The position numbers were made by a program, and so were the translations under genes. From NCBI RefSeq assembly GCF_000354175.2, contig NC_022359.1:630001-662000 (forward strand): a DNA stretch of 32,000 nucleotides, read 5' to 3'. Positions 8,333 to 16,131 of this stretch are shown here, piece after piece. The notes below the pieces were generated by a model that saw nothing but the letters and a program-made list of their open reading frames with translations, made no database searches and was not told where the DNA came from. Within the stretch, counting starts at the first letter, position 1; every line of letters begins with the position of its first letter. This DNA is from Vibrio alginolyticus NBRC 15630 = ATCC 17749 (GTDB taxonomy: Bacteria > Pseudomonadota > Gammaproteobacteria > Enterobacterales > Vibrionaceae).

Positions 8333-9436
8333 TTACGCAACTTGCCAGTACATTGCTTTTTCAATCGCACCGATTAAGCGCTCGATATCTGCTGGGTAAA
8401 CTTCACCAATGTTGCCGATACGGAAGCAATCTGCGTTCGATACTTTACCCGGATAAATCACGAAGCCTTGCTCTTTCAAACGCGTGTAGAACGCTTTGAA
8501 TTGGTAATCACTGTGTGTTGGAGAGTAGAAAGAAGTGATGATTGGCGAGTGAAGGTCATCACTCAGTAGCGGTTCGAAACCAAGAGAGCGCATACCTGCA
8601 ACCAGTGTTTTCTGGTTAGTTTGGTAACGGTTATGACGAGCCTCAATGCCGCCTTCTTGTTCCAGCTCTAGTAATGCTTGGTAGAAAGCGCGAACCGTGT
8701 GCGTAGGAGACGTGAAACGCCATTTGCCGTGGTTCACTTCCATGCAGTGCCACTGGTCGTAAAGATCAAGGCTCAAAGAACGTGCCTGACCTTGGCACTT
8801 TTCGAGTTCCGTTTGTTTCGCAATCACAAAGCCAAAGCCCGGCACGCCTTGAATACATTTGTTTGCAGAGCTGATCATAAAATCGATGCCTAGTTCTGCG
8901 ATATCGATAGGAATCCCGCCGAAGCTCGACATGGCATCGAGAATCACCACTTTACCGTGCGCTTTTGCCGCAGAAGCAAATGCCTCAATTGGGTTAAGCA
9001 TGCCAGTGGTTGTCTCACAGTGAACAATCGCCACGTGTGTGATAGCAGGGTCCGATGCCAATGCAGTTTCCACCTCGTTCAAGTGTGGCTGTGATGTTTC
9101 GCCTGGGGAAACAACATGGCATGGAATATTTAGGTAATCAGCGATCTGGGCGATACGCGCACCGTAAGCACCGTTGTCGACAACCAACAATTTTCCATCT
9201 TTGCCAATGGCGCTGCCAATCGTGGCTTCTACCGACGCAGTGCCGCTGCCTTGCATTAGTACGCTGGTGTAGCCGTCTTGGTTGGTTGCCAGTTTTACAA
9301 GCTTAGTGCGGATCACTTCGACAATGTCTTTGTTGTATTCATCATCCCAAGTACACCAGTCTTTAAGCATGGCTTCACGAACGCTTTCAGAAGTGGATAA
9401 AGGGCCAGGAGTCAGTAGTAGGTATTCGTTTTTCAT
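8333..9436 (-). CDS. phnW: 2-aminoethylphosphonate:pyruvate aminotransferase (class V)
   Basis: The N-terminus [14 protein letters not shown] and the [12 protein letters not shown]-lysine region are typical of PhnW. The ORF track start of 9448 has no Shine-Dalgarno sequence, so the ATG at 9436 (MKNEY...) is preferred. Confidence 0.92.
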   Translation of the reverse strand: MKNEYLLLTPGPLSTSESVREAMLKDWCTWDDEYNKDIVEVIRTKLVKLATNQDGYTSVLMQGSGTASVEATIGSAIGKDGKLLVVDNGAYGARIAQIADYLNIPCHVVSPGETSQPHLNEVETALASDPAITHVAIVHCETTTGMLNPIEAFASAAKAHGKVVILDAMSSFGGIPIDIAELGIDFMISSANKCIQGVPGFGFVIAKQTELEKCQGQARSLSLDLYDQWHCMEVNHGKWRFTSPTHTVRAFYQALLELEQEGGIEARHNRYQTNQKTLVAGMRSLGFEPLLSDDLHSPIITSFYSPTHSDYQFKAFYTRLKEQGFVIYPGKVSNADCFRIGNIGEVYPADIERLIGAIEKAMYWQVA

Positions 9437-9462
9437 CTCGATTTCCATCAGAATAATTTAAT

Positions 9463-9474
9463 TGGTCTACACCA
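9463..9474. promoter_or_regulatory. Candidate PhnR (GntR/HutC-type) operator O1, just upstream of phnW
   Basis: TGGTCTACACCA has inverted half-sites TGGT/ACCA separated by 4 nt. It is one of three such sites in the phn island. Confidence 0.6.
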
Positions 9475-9601
9475 AAATTGAGTTCACTCTAACAAGGATG
9501 AAAAAGGGTCGTAAATAGCCATTCAGTGAATTTCATAAAACTTTAATATCCAAAATTTCACCGATCAGTTGGTCGCCTATTTATCGATAATTTTCTCAAA
9601 A

Positions 9602-9630
9602 CTGCCATTTTATGGTCATGATTTCGTCAC
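9602..9630 (+). promoter_or_regulatory. Candidate Pho box (PhoB binding array) of the phnS promoter
   Basis: CTGCCAT-ttta-TGGTCAT-gatt-TCGTCAC is three 7-mers at 11 bp phasing. They match the CTGTCAT consensus at 6/7, 5/7 and 4/7 positions. The array is about 75 bp upstream of phnS. Confidence 0.55.
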
Positions 9631-9659
9631 AAAGGCTCAGTAGGGTGTATATCGTCAAC

Positions 9660-9671
9660 TGGTACAGACCA
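9660..9671. promoter_or_regulatory. Candidate PhnR operator O2, downstream of the phnS Pho box
   Basis: TGGTACAGACCA lies 30 bp after the Pho box and 33 bp before the phnS ATG. Confidence 0.6.
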
Positions 9672-9703
9672 AAATGAAAACTTAGCCAAATTAACTGGAG
9701 AAA

Positions 9704-10714
9704 ATGATGAAAAACCGTTTGATGAAAGGATCGCTGGCTGCGCTTGTCTCTCTGCTTGCTACCAATGCAATGGCTGCACAGGAAGTGACGGTTTACACCG
9801 CTTTCGAAACTGACATTCTTGCTAAATACAAGTCTGCGTTTGAGAAAGACAACCCAGATATCAAGATTAAGTGGGTTCGTGATTCAACAGGTATCATGAC
9901 GGCGAAATTGCTGGCAGAAAAGAATAACCCTCAAGCAGAAGTGGTTTGGGGTCTTGCTGGCTCGTCAATGGCACTGCTTAAAGATGAAGGTCTTCTTAAG
10001 CCTTACACACCAAAAGGTTTGGAAGAGCTGCACGCGAATCTAAACGACCCTCAATCAAACCAAGCTTGGTTCGGTAACGATGCGTTCTTTAACGCAGTTT
10101 GTTTCAACGAAGCGGTTGCCAAACAACTTAACCTGCCTAAGCCAACGTCTTGGGAAGACCTCACTAAGCCAGTTTATAAAGGTCACATTGCTATGCCTAA
10201 CCCAGCTTCTTCAGGTACTGGTTACATGCAGGTGTCTGCTTGGTTACAAAACATGGGTGAAGATCAGGCATGGAACTACATGCGTGACTTAGACAAAAAC
10301 ATTGCTCACTACACACACTCTGGTTCTAAGCCATGTGTTCAGGCGGGTATGGGCGAAGTGGCTATCGGTATCTCTATGGCAAGTCGCGGCGCGAAGCTGA
10401 AAACACAAGGTGCACCACTAGCGGTTATCACACCAAAAGGCATCGGCTGGGAATCAGAAGCGGTTGGTCTAGTAAAAGAGTCTGATGCAGCGAAACGTGT
10501 TGTCGACTGGTCAATCTCTAAAGCGGCAAACGAGCTTTACGTAGAAATGTACCCAGTGGTTGCACATAAAGAAGTGAAAGCGACTGTATCTAACTTCCCG
10601 AATGTTCAAGAGAACATGGCGAAGATGGACTTCGCGCAAATGGGCAGCAAGCGTGCAGAGATTCTAGCGGCATGGTCTGAGAAGTTCGACGCGAAATCAG
10701 AGCCAAAGTCTTAA
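9704..10714 (+). CDS. phnS: Periplasmic substrate-binding protein of the 2-aminoethylphosphonate ABC transporter (iron(III)-binding-protein-like fold)
   Basis: Signal peptide (…ATNAMA/AQE). 336 aa SBP resembling the FbpA/PhnS family, located in a phnWX/phnTU context. Confidence 0.85.
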   Translation: MMKNRLMKGSLAALVSLLATNAMAAQEVTVYTAFETDILAKYKSAFEKDNPDIKIKWVRDSTGIMTAKLLAEKNNPQAEVVWGLAGSSMALLKDEGLLKPYTPKGLEELHANLNDPQSNQAWFGNDAFFNAVCFNEAVAKQLNLPKPTSWEDLTKPVYKGHIAMPNPASSGTGYMQVSAWLQNMGEDQAWNYMRDLDKNIAHYTHSGSKPCVQAGMGEVAIGISMASRGAKLKTQGAPLAVITPKGIGWESEAVGLVKESDAAKRVVDWSISKAANELYVEMYPVVAHKEVKATVSNFPNVQENMAKMDFAQMGSKRAEILAAWSEKFDAKSEPKS

Positions 10715-10740
10715 TTGAATTTGCTTGAGTTGAATGTTGA

Positions 10741-10768
10741 AATCCACCTCGGTTGAGGTGGATTTTTT
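10741..10768 (+). terminator. Rho-independent terminator or attenuator directly after phnS
   Basis: aatccacctc-ggtt-gaggtggatt-tttt: a 10 bp perfect stem with a T-run, 27 nt after the phnS stop. Confidence 0.75.
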
Positions 10769-10869
10769 GTTTTCTCTGTTATTTCAGAGTTTGCTGCAAG
10801 TAGATTCCTAGTCTCACCTAGGTTCGCTGGAATGACGGACTTAAGAAAGTCGGGAATCTCTAATTACCA

Positions 10870-10919
10870 CTCTCATCTCCCTTCATCTATTTGTCATCTT
10901 CTGGCTATAAATTTGTCAT
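10870..10919 (+). promoter_or_regulatory. Second Pho-box-like array (internal phnT promoter)
   Basis: CTCTCAT (10870), CCTTCAT (10880), TTGTCAT (10891), TGGCTAT (10902) and TTGTCAT (10913) are spaced 10-11 bp apart. The two TTGTCAT copies match CTGTCAT at 6/7. Confidence 0.45.
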
Positions 10920-10946
10920 TGGAACGTAACACTCCAAAACTAAAGT

Positions 10947-10958
10947 TGGTATATACCA
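10947..10958. promoter_or_regulatory. Candidate PhnR operator O3, upstream of phnT
   Basis: TGGTATATACCA is a perfect 12 bp palindrome. It lies 28 bp after the last TTGTCAT and 16 bp before the phnT ATG. Confidence 0.6.
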
Positions 10959-10973
10959 TTTGGAGCGTGTGTT

Positions 10974-12080
10974 ATGTCAACTAACCAACATTACCTAAAT
11001 ATCGAAAATGTAGTGAAGCAATTCGGACAGTTCACTGCATTAAAGAAAATCTCGCTAGCGATTGAAAAGGGCGAGTTCGTTTGTTTTCTTGGTCCTTCTG
11101 GCTGCGGTAAAACCACTCTGCTACGTGCCATTGCAGGTTTAGACTTGCCAACGTCTGGTGCGATTTTTCAAAACGGTCAAGAGACCACATTCCTACCACC
11201 AGAGAAGCGCGATTTCGGCATCGTATTCCAATCTTATGCTTTGTTTCCGAACCTAACTGTGCAAGAGAATATTGCAGTGGGTTTGAAGAACCAAGGTATG
11301 TCGACCAAAGAAGCGCTAGAGAAAGTAGATTACTGGTTAGAAACCATTGGTCTTCCAACCTCTGGCGAGAAATTCCCTAACCAACTTTCTGGTGGTCAAC
11401 AGCAGCGTGTAGCACTCGCTCGCGCATTAGCGTTGTCTCCGGGTCTACTGCTACTTGATGAGCCGCTGTCAGCGCTGGATGCAAAAGTACGTGTTCACTT
11501 ACGTGACGAGATTTGTAAGCTGCAACGTCAGCTTGGCATCACCACCATCATGGTTACGCACGATCAGGACGAAGCGCTGTCGATGGCGGATCGTATCGTG
11601 GTAATGAACCATGGCGTGATTGAGCAAGTCGGCACACCTCAAGAGATCTACCAACAACCAGCCACGCGCTTTGTCGCTGAGTTTGTCGGCAGCATGAACT
11701 TTATTGAAACCTCAGTCGCAACGGATTCCCAAATACGCATTGCAGAAACCTTAATGCCAGCGCCAAGCTTGACCAATCGTAAGATCGAACGTGGTGACCG
11801 CTTCGACCTTGCGGTGCGTCCTGAAAGCATCAAGTTTGTTGAAAACTACAACAACTCTTTACCAGTGCGAGTTACCGCAACCGAGTTTCTGGGGGCGTTT
11901 TTCCGCATTGATTGTGTATTGCAAAACGACAGCTCAACGAAAACCATCGTAGTGGATGTGCCCGTGGAAACGGTTCAAAAACTCAATATCAAAGCGGGCG
12001 ATGTACGTTACATCCAGTTTGCTGAAGAAGGGCTGCATGGTTACGCCGTGCCCTCGGTTGATAAAGCGCTAGCGGCGTAG
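10974..12080 (+). CDS. phnT: ABC transporter ATP-binding subunit (2-aminoethylphosphonate import)
   Basis: Walker A GPSGCGKTT, signature LSGGQQQRV, Walker B LLLLDEPLS, H-loop VTHDQ, and a C-terminal TOBE-like regulatory domain. Confidence 0.9.
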   Translation: MSTNQHYLNIENVVKQFGQFTALKKISLAIEKGEFVCFLGPSGCGKTTLLRAIAGLDLPTSGAIFQNGQETTFLPPEKRDFGIVFQSYALFPNLTVQENIAVGLKNQGMSTKEALEKVDYWLETIGLPTSGEKFPNQLSGGQQQRVALARALALSPGLLLLDEPLSALDAKVRVHLRDEICKLQRQLGITTIMVTHDQDEALSMADRIVVMNHGVIEQVGTPQEIYQQPATRFVAEFVGSMNFIETSVATDSQIRIAETLMPAPSLTNRKIERGDRFDLAVRPESIKFVENYNNSLPVRVTATEFLGAFFRIDCVLQNDSSTKTIVVDVPVETVQKLNIKAGDVRYIQFAEEGLHGYAVPSVDKALAA

Positions 12081-12088
12081 GTGTAAAC

Positions 12089-13813
12089 ATGGATGCGAAG
12101 ACAATGACGATGAATAGCCTGACCACACAAGACAAAGCAAAATCCTTACTCGGACGTGTTAGCCGCGACAACCTTGTGTTGTTCGGTTTGCTCGCTGGTT
12201 TGTCGACCATGATGGTGCTGTTCATCTTAATGCCGCTTTGGGCAATGTTGACCAAGAGTGTGCAAAATGCCAATGGCGAATTTGTTGGATTGGCAAACTT
12301 TGCGACGTACTTTTCCTCTTCAAGCTTGTGGGTGTCGGTGGGCAACACCTTCACTTTGGGCGTGATTGTAACCTCGGTGGTGGGTGTACTTGCGTTTGGG
12401 TATGCCTACGCGCTGACTCGTTCATGCATGCCGTTTAAAGGTTTGTTCCAAATCTTAGGTACTGCGCCAATCCTTGCGCCTTCGTTGTTGCCGGCGATCA
12501 GTTTGATCTTCCTTTTCGGTAATCAAGGTATTGCCAAAGAAATGCTGTTGGGAAACTCGATTTATGGCGTAATTGGTATCTCGATGGGTTTGATCTTCTG
12601 GACCTTTCCTCATGCATTGATGATCTTAACCACGTCGCTGCGCACTTCAGATGCCCGCTTGTATGAAGCAGCCCGCGCACTGAAAACTTCACCCATCAAA
12701 ACCTTCTTTATGGTGACGTTACCTGCGGCGAAATACGGTTTGATCAGTACGCTTATCGTCGTTTTTACACTGGTTATCACGGACTTTGGTGTGCCGAAAG
12801 TGATTGGTGGCAGCTATAACGTTCTGGCGACTGACATCTTCAAGCAAGTTGTGGGACAGCAAAACTTTGCCATGGGTGCGGTAACCAGCATTATGTTGTT
12901 ATTCCCTGCGGTAATGGCGTTCGGTGCAGACCGCTGGGTACAGAAAAAACAAAAGAGCTTATTCGACACGCGCTCGGTGCCTTATCAGCCAGAACCCAAC
13001 AAAGCGCGCGACAGCATTTGTTTGGTTTACTGCTGCATCATTTCTATCGCAGTGTTGGCTGTGCTTGGCATGGCGGTGTATGGCTCGTTAGTTACGTTCT
13101 GGCCTTGGAACAAAGCGCTGACGCTAAACAACTACAACTTTGCTGAAATGAGCACCTACGGTTGGAGCCCATTCTTCAACTCGTTAACGCTGGCAGGTTG
13201 GACGGCAGTTATTGGTACAGCCATCATCTTTGTCGGTGCTTACTGCATTGAGAAAGGACGTGCGTTTGGTCCAATTCGTCAAGTGATGCAAATGCTTAGC
13301 GTGGTGCCAATGGCGGTTCCTGGTATGGTGCTTGGCTTGGGTTACATCTTTTACTTCAATGATGCGAACAATCCTTTGAACGTGCTTTATGGCACCATGG
13401 CATTCTTGGTGATTAACACGGTAGTCCATTACTACACAGTAGGTCACATGACTGCCCTGACAGCGCTAAAGCAGTTGCCATCGGAGATTGAAGCCACGGC
13501 GGCATCGGTGAAGCTTCCTCAATACAAGTTGTTCTTTAAAGTGACATTACCTGTGTGTTTACCTGCGATTTTGGACATTGCGACTTACTTGTTTGTTAAT
13601 GCATTGACCACCACTTCTGCGGTAGTATTCCTTTACTCAACCGATACGATTCCGGCTTCGGTCTCGATTCTGAATATGGACGATGCAGGTCAAACTGGCG
13701 CTGCAGCGGCAATGGCGGTGATGATCATGATTGCTGCCGCAATTGCGAAGATTGTTCAGATGACTTTGGGTAAATTGTTAGAGAATCGCACACAAGCTTG
13801 GCGCAAAAGATAA
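12089..13813 (+). CDS. phnU: Fused two-domain ABC permease (2-aminoethylphosphonate import; FbpB-like, equivalent to PhnU+PhnV)
   Basis: 574 aa polytopic membrane protein with two permease halves. An AGGTG Shine-Dalgarno sequence sits 8 nt after the phnT stop. Confidence 0.85.
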   Translation: MDAKTMTMNSLTTQDKAKSLLGRVSRDNLVLFGLLAGLSTMMVLFILMPLWAMLTKSVQNANGEFVGLANFATYFSSSSLWVSVGNTFTLGVIVTSVVGVLAFGYAYALTRSCMPFKGLFQILGTAPILAPSLLPAISLIFLFGNQGIAKEMLLGNSIYGVIGISMGLIFWTFPHALMILTTSLRTSDARLYEAARALKTSPIKTFFMVTLPAAKYGLISTLIVVFTLVITDFGVPKVIGGSYNVLATDIFKQVVGQQNFAMGAVTSIMLLFPAVMAFGADRWVQKKQKSLFDTRSVPYQPEPNKARDSICLVYCCIISIAVLAVLGMAVYGSLVTFWPWNKALTLNNYNFAEMSTYGWSPFFNSLTLAGWTAVIGTAIIFVGAYCIEKGRAFGPIRQVMQMLSVVPMAVPGMVLGLGYIFYFNDANNPLNVLYGTMAFLVINTVVHYYTVGHMTALTALKQLPSEIEATAASVKLPQYKLFFKVTLPVCLPAILDIATYLFVNALTTTSAVVFLYSTDTIPASVSILNMDDAGQTGAAAAMAVMIMIAAAIAKIVQMTLGKLLENRTQAWRKR

Positions 13814-13822
13814 GGACACTTC

Positions 13823-14527
13823 GTGCAATACGTAAAAATTAAAGATTCGATTGTTGAACAGATTGAAGCGGGCATGCTATCGCCGCGTCAAAAACTGCCA
13901 GCAGAGCGTAAGTTGGCGGAGTCGTTCGATACTACACGCGTCACTCTGCGTGAAGCTTTATCACTGCTGGAAGCAGAAGGTCGAATCTATCGCGAAGATC
14001 GCCGAGGTTGGTTTATCTCACCTGAGCCATTGCGTTACGACCCAACCCAAACGCTGAACTTCCCGAACATGGCGAAAGCGCAAAATCGTGTGCCAAAAAC
14101 GGAGTTGGTCGCAGCAAAAGGAACGTTGGCAAACAAACAAGCCGCGCGCTTGCTGGACTTGCAGCCTTTCTCGGACGTGTATCGAGTCGACCGAGTGCGA
14201 TACCTTGAAGATAGACCTGTGGTATTCGTAACAAACTACATTCGCCCAGAGCTGTTTCCGAACCTGCTGGACTACGATTTATCAAATTCACTGACGGACA
14301 TTTACCGCGATCATTATGGCGTGACGTATCAAAAGATTCGCTACCGCATTTCAACCAGTACTTTGTTGGGTGAAATGGCTCAGGCATTGCGTGCGACAGC
14401 CGGTACGCCAGCGATGGTAGTGGAGCGCATCAACTACAACCAGCATGGTGAGTTGATTGATTGCGATATCGAGTATTGGCGACACGATGCCATCAGCATT
14501 GAATCTCTGGCGGAACTCAATCGTTAA
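13823..14527 (+). CDS. phnR: GntR family (HutC subfamily, UTRA effector domain) transcriptional regulator of the phosphonate cluster
   Basis: The N-terminal winged HTH is KLPAERKLAESFDTTRVTLREALSLLEAEGRIYR. GTG start with an AAGGA Shine-Dalgarno sequence. It is the last gene of the phnTU operon. Confidence 0.85.
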   Translation: MQYVKIKDSIVEQIEAGMLSPRQKLPAERKLAESFDTTRVTLREALSLLEAEGRIYREDRRGWFISPEPLRYDPTQTLNFPNMAKAQNRVPKTELVAAKGTLANKQAARLLDLQPFSDVYRVDRVRYLEDRPVVFVTNYIRPELFPNLLDYDLSNSLTDIYRDHYGVTYQKIRYRISTSTLLGEMAQALRATAGTPAMVVERINYNQHGELIDCDIEYWRHDAISIESLAELNR

Positions 14528-14546
14528 GTGGATTTTCTCATTATCT

Positions 14547-14576
14547 AAGGCTCCATCTCGGGGCCTTTATTTTATT
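14547..14576 (+). terminator. Rho-independent terminator after phnR
   Basis: aaggctcc-atctc-ggggcctt is an 8 bp stem including one G-U pair, followed by tattttatt. Confidence 0.6.
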
Positions 14577-14593
14577 CAGACAGGAACATTGAA

Positions 14594-15499
14594 ATGGATT
14601 TGTTGGCGATTGGTCTCGTCGTTTTTTCTGCTGTTCTCCATGCGGGCTGGAATATCCTTGGTAAAAGCAACTCAGGTTCTGGACTTGCGTTTACTATGGC
14701 CGCCAGCTTTTCAGCATGTTTCATTCTTACCCCTTATTTGATTTGGTATTTGGCAACCATTGGCTGGACATCATTACCGAGTGAGTTTTGGGGATTGCTG
14801 TTCATTAGCGGCATTTCACAAATGGTCTATCTGGTCGGCTTGATTGTCGCTTATAAGCACGCAGACGTGGGCGTGGTTTATCCGATTGCTCGGGCACTGC
14901 CTGTGATGATGGTCGGCGCAATCAGTGTGGCATTAGGGCATGAATTATCCAGTCAGCAGTGGCTTGGATTCTTGCTGATAACCCTTGGTTGTATGCTGGT
15001 ACCACTGACGAACTTTCGTCAGATGACGCTGAGCTCTTATTTGAATGTCGGTGTGTTCTGGGCATTAATTGCCGCAATAGGCACAACGGGTTACTCCGTG
15101 GTTGATAAAGAAGCGCTGAGTTTACTCACAGGACAAGCATCAGAGATCTTGAATGATCAGTACAGTGCAATCTTCTATTTGGGCGTGCAGTTTTGGGCAA
15201 TTGGTATTCCTGCCCTTGTGTGGTGCTTGGTTACGGGCAAGCCAGATGAGATTAAGACAGCCTGGCATATCCGAAAAATAGCCAGCATGGCAGGGGTAAT
15301 GATGGCATCCACCTACGGCTTGGTGCTGTTTGCGATGACCATGACCGACAACGTGAGTTTGGTCGTAGCACTAAGGCAAATCAGTATTGTGTTTGGATTG
15401 TTTATGGGGATTTGGTTTTTGTCTGAGAAATGGTATCTCACCCGAGGGCTTGGCGTTACTTCTATCGTGGCGGGGATCATTCTCGCGCTTGCGTATTGA
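14594..15499 (+). CDS. DMT superfamily (EamA-like) transporter
   Basis: 301 aa, about 10 predicted hydrophobic helices arranged as two EamA-like halves. An AGGAA Shine-Dalgarno sequence is present. Confidence 0.8.
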   Translation: MDLLAIGLVVFSAVLHAGWNILGKSNSGSGLAFTMAASFSACFILTPYLIWYLATIGWTSLPSEFWGLLFISGISQMVYLVGLIVAYKHADVGVVYPIARALPVMMVGAISVALGHELSSQQWLGFLLITLGCMLVPLTNFRQMTLSSYLNVGVFWALIAAIGTTGYSVVDKEALSLLTGQASEILNDQYSAIFYLGVQFWAIGIPALVWCLVTGKPDEIKTAWHIRKIASMAGVMMASTYGLVLFAMTMTDNVSLVVALRQISIVFGLFMGIWFLSEKWYLTRGLGVTSIVAGIILALAY

Positions 15500-15511
15500 C
15501 CTATATTCACG

Positions 15512-15546
15512 AAAAAAGGCAGCGAATGAGCCTCTCGCTGCCTTTT
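15512..15546. terminator. Bidirectional terminator between convergent genes
   Basis: aaaaaa-ggcagcga-atgagcctc-tcgctgcc-tttt. Confidence 0.75.
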
Positions 15547-15567
15547 GTATTAACTTGTAAGCCTTGT

Positions 15568-16119
15568 TTAAAAACGCAGTTGCGCACCAAACATCACGCC
15601 GCTAGAGTCAAAATCGCTGTTTTTTGAGTACACATATTCTGCATTCAAACCAAAGTGTTTATAGCTCCAGCCGATACCGCCAGCCGCTTCACCTCCGACA
15701 CTTGAGTGTTCGATGTTCTTGCTCTGACCGTTCATTTTATAAGTGTATTCGAGAGTGTAGAGAGTGACACCTGCCTTGCCGTACAGTTCGAAACCTGAAC
15801 CCAGAGGATAGCTAGCATAGCCACTCAAGCGAGGTCCGGAGAAGCTCGTATCGGTGACTTCTGAAATCGGACTCACGAGTATCGAGCCGATACCGTCAAA
15901 CGCGCCTTTATAACCTGCTTCGATACCAAAGTTATGTGTTGGCATGTAGCGGTAATATATTTCACCTAAGAACATGTCGCCTGATTCTTTGCTTGTCGGC
16001 GCATCGTAGTTCACATCGCCATAGCCAATGTTTGTACCTATGATGTGCTCACTGGTTTCTGCATTGGCTGACAAAGAAAAAGCCGACAACACTAAAGCAG
16101 TAATGAATGAATAACGCAT
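15568..16119 (-). CDS. Small outer-membrane beta-barrel protein (OMP_b-brl / OmpX-OmpW-like class)
   Basis: Signal peptide MRYSFITALVLSAFSLSANA. The sequence shows alternating aromatic/hydrophilic strand patterns and a C-terminal ...GAQLRF ending in Phe. The AAGGAG Shine-Dalgarno sequence overlaps the stop of the upstream virK-like gene. Confidence 0.8.
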   Translation of the reverse strand: MRYSFITALVLSAFSLSANAETSEHIIGTNIGYGDVNYDAPTSKESGDMFLGEIYYRYMPTHNFGIEAGYKGAFDGIGSILVSPISEVTDTSFSGPRLSGYASYPLGSGFELYGKAGVTLYTLEYTYKMNGQSKNIEHSSVGGEAAGGIGWSYKHFGLNAEYVYSKNSDFDSSGVMFGAQLRF

Positions 16120-16131
16120 GAACGCTTCTCC

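Noticed and set aside
6256-9306. Multiple plus-strand ORFs of 67-119 aa antisense to phnX, pbfA and phnW
   Set aside because: All are fully contained in strong minus-strand CDSs and lack start signals. They are shadow ORFs caused by codon bias.
9475-9600. Pho box upstream of phnW on the minus strand
   Set aside because: I found only weak TCAT-containing fragments (TGGCTAT / TTCATCC) with irregular spacing, which is not comparable to the phnS and phnT arrays. phnW may rely on the shared region or on PhnR alone.
15568-16119. Possibility that the small OM barrel is a PagL-type lipid A deacylase, based on the H-S-S triplet in NIEHSSVGGE
   Set aside because: In PagL, as I recall it, the HxS catalytic pair lies about 25 residues from the C-terminus within an HxSN motif. 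Here it lies about 50 residues from the end and has no Asn. The evidence is insufficient, so I kept the generic beta-barrel call.
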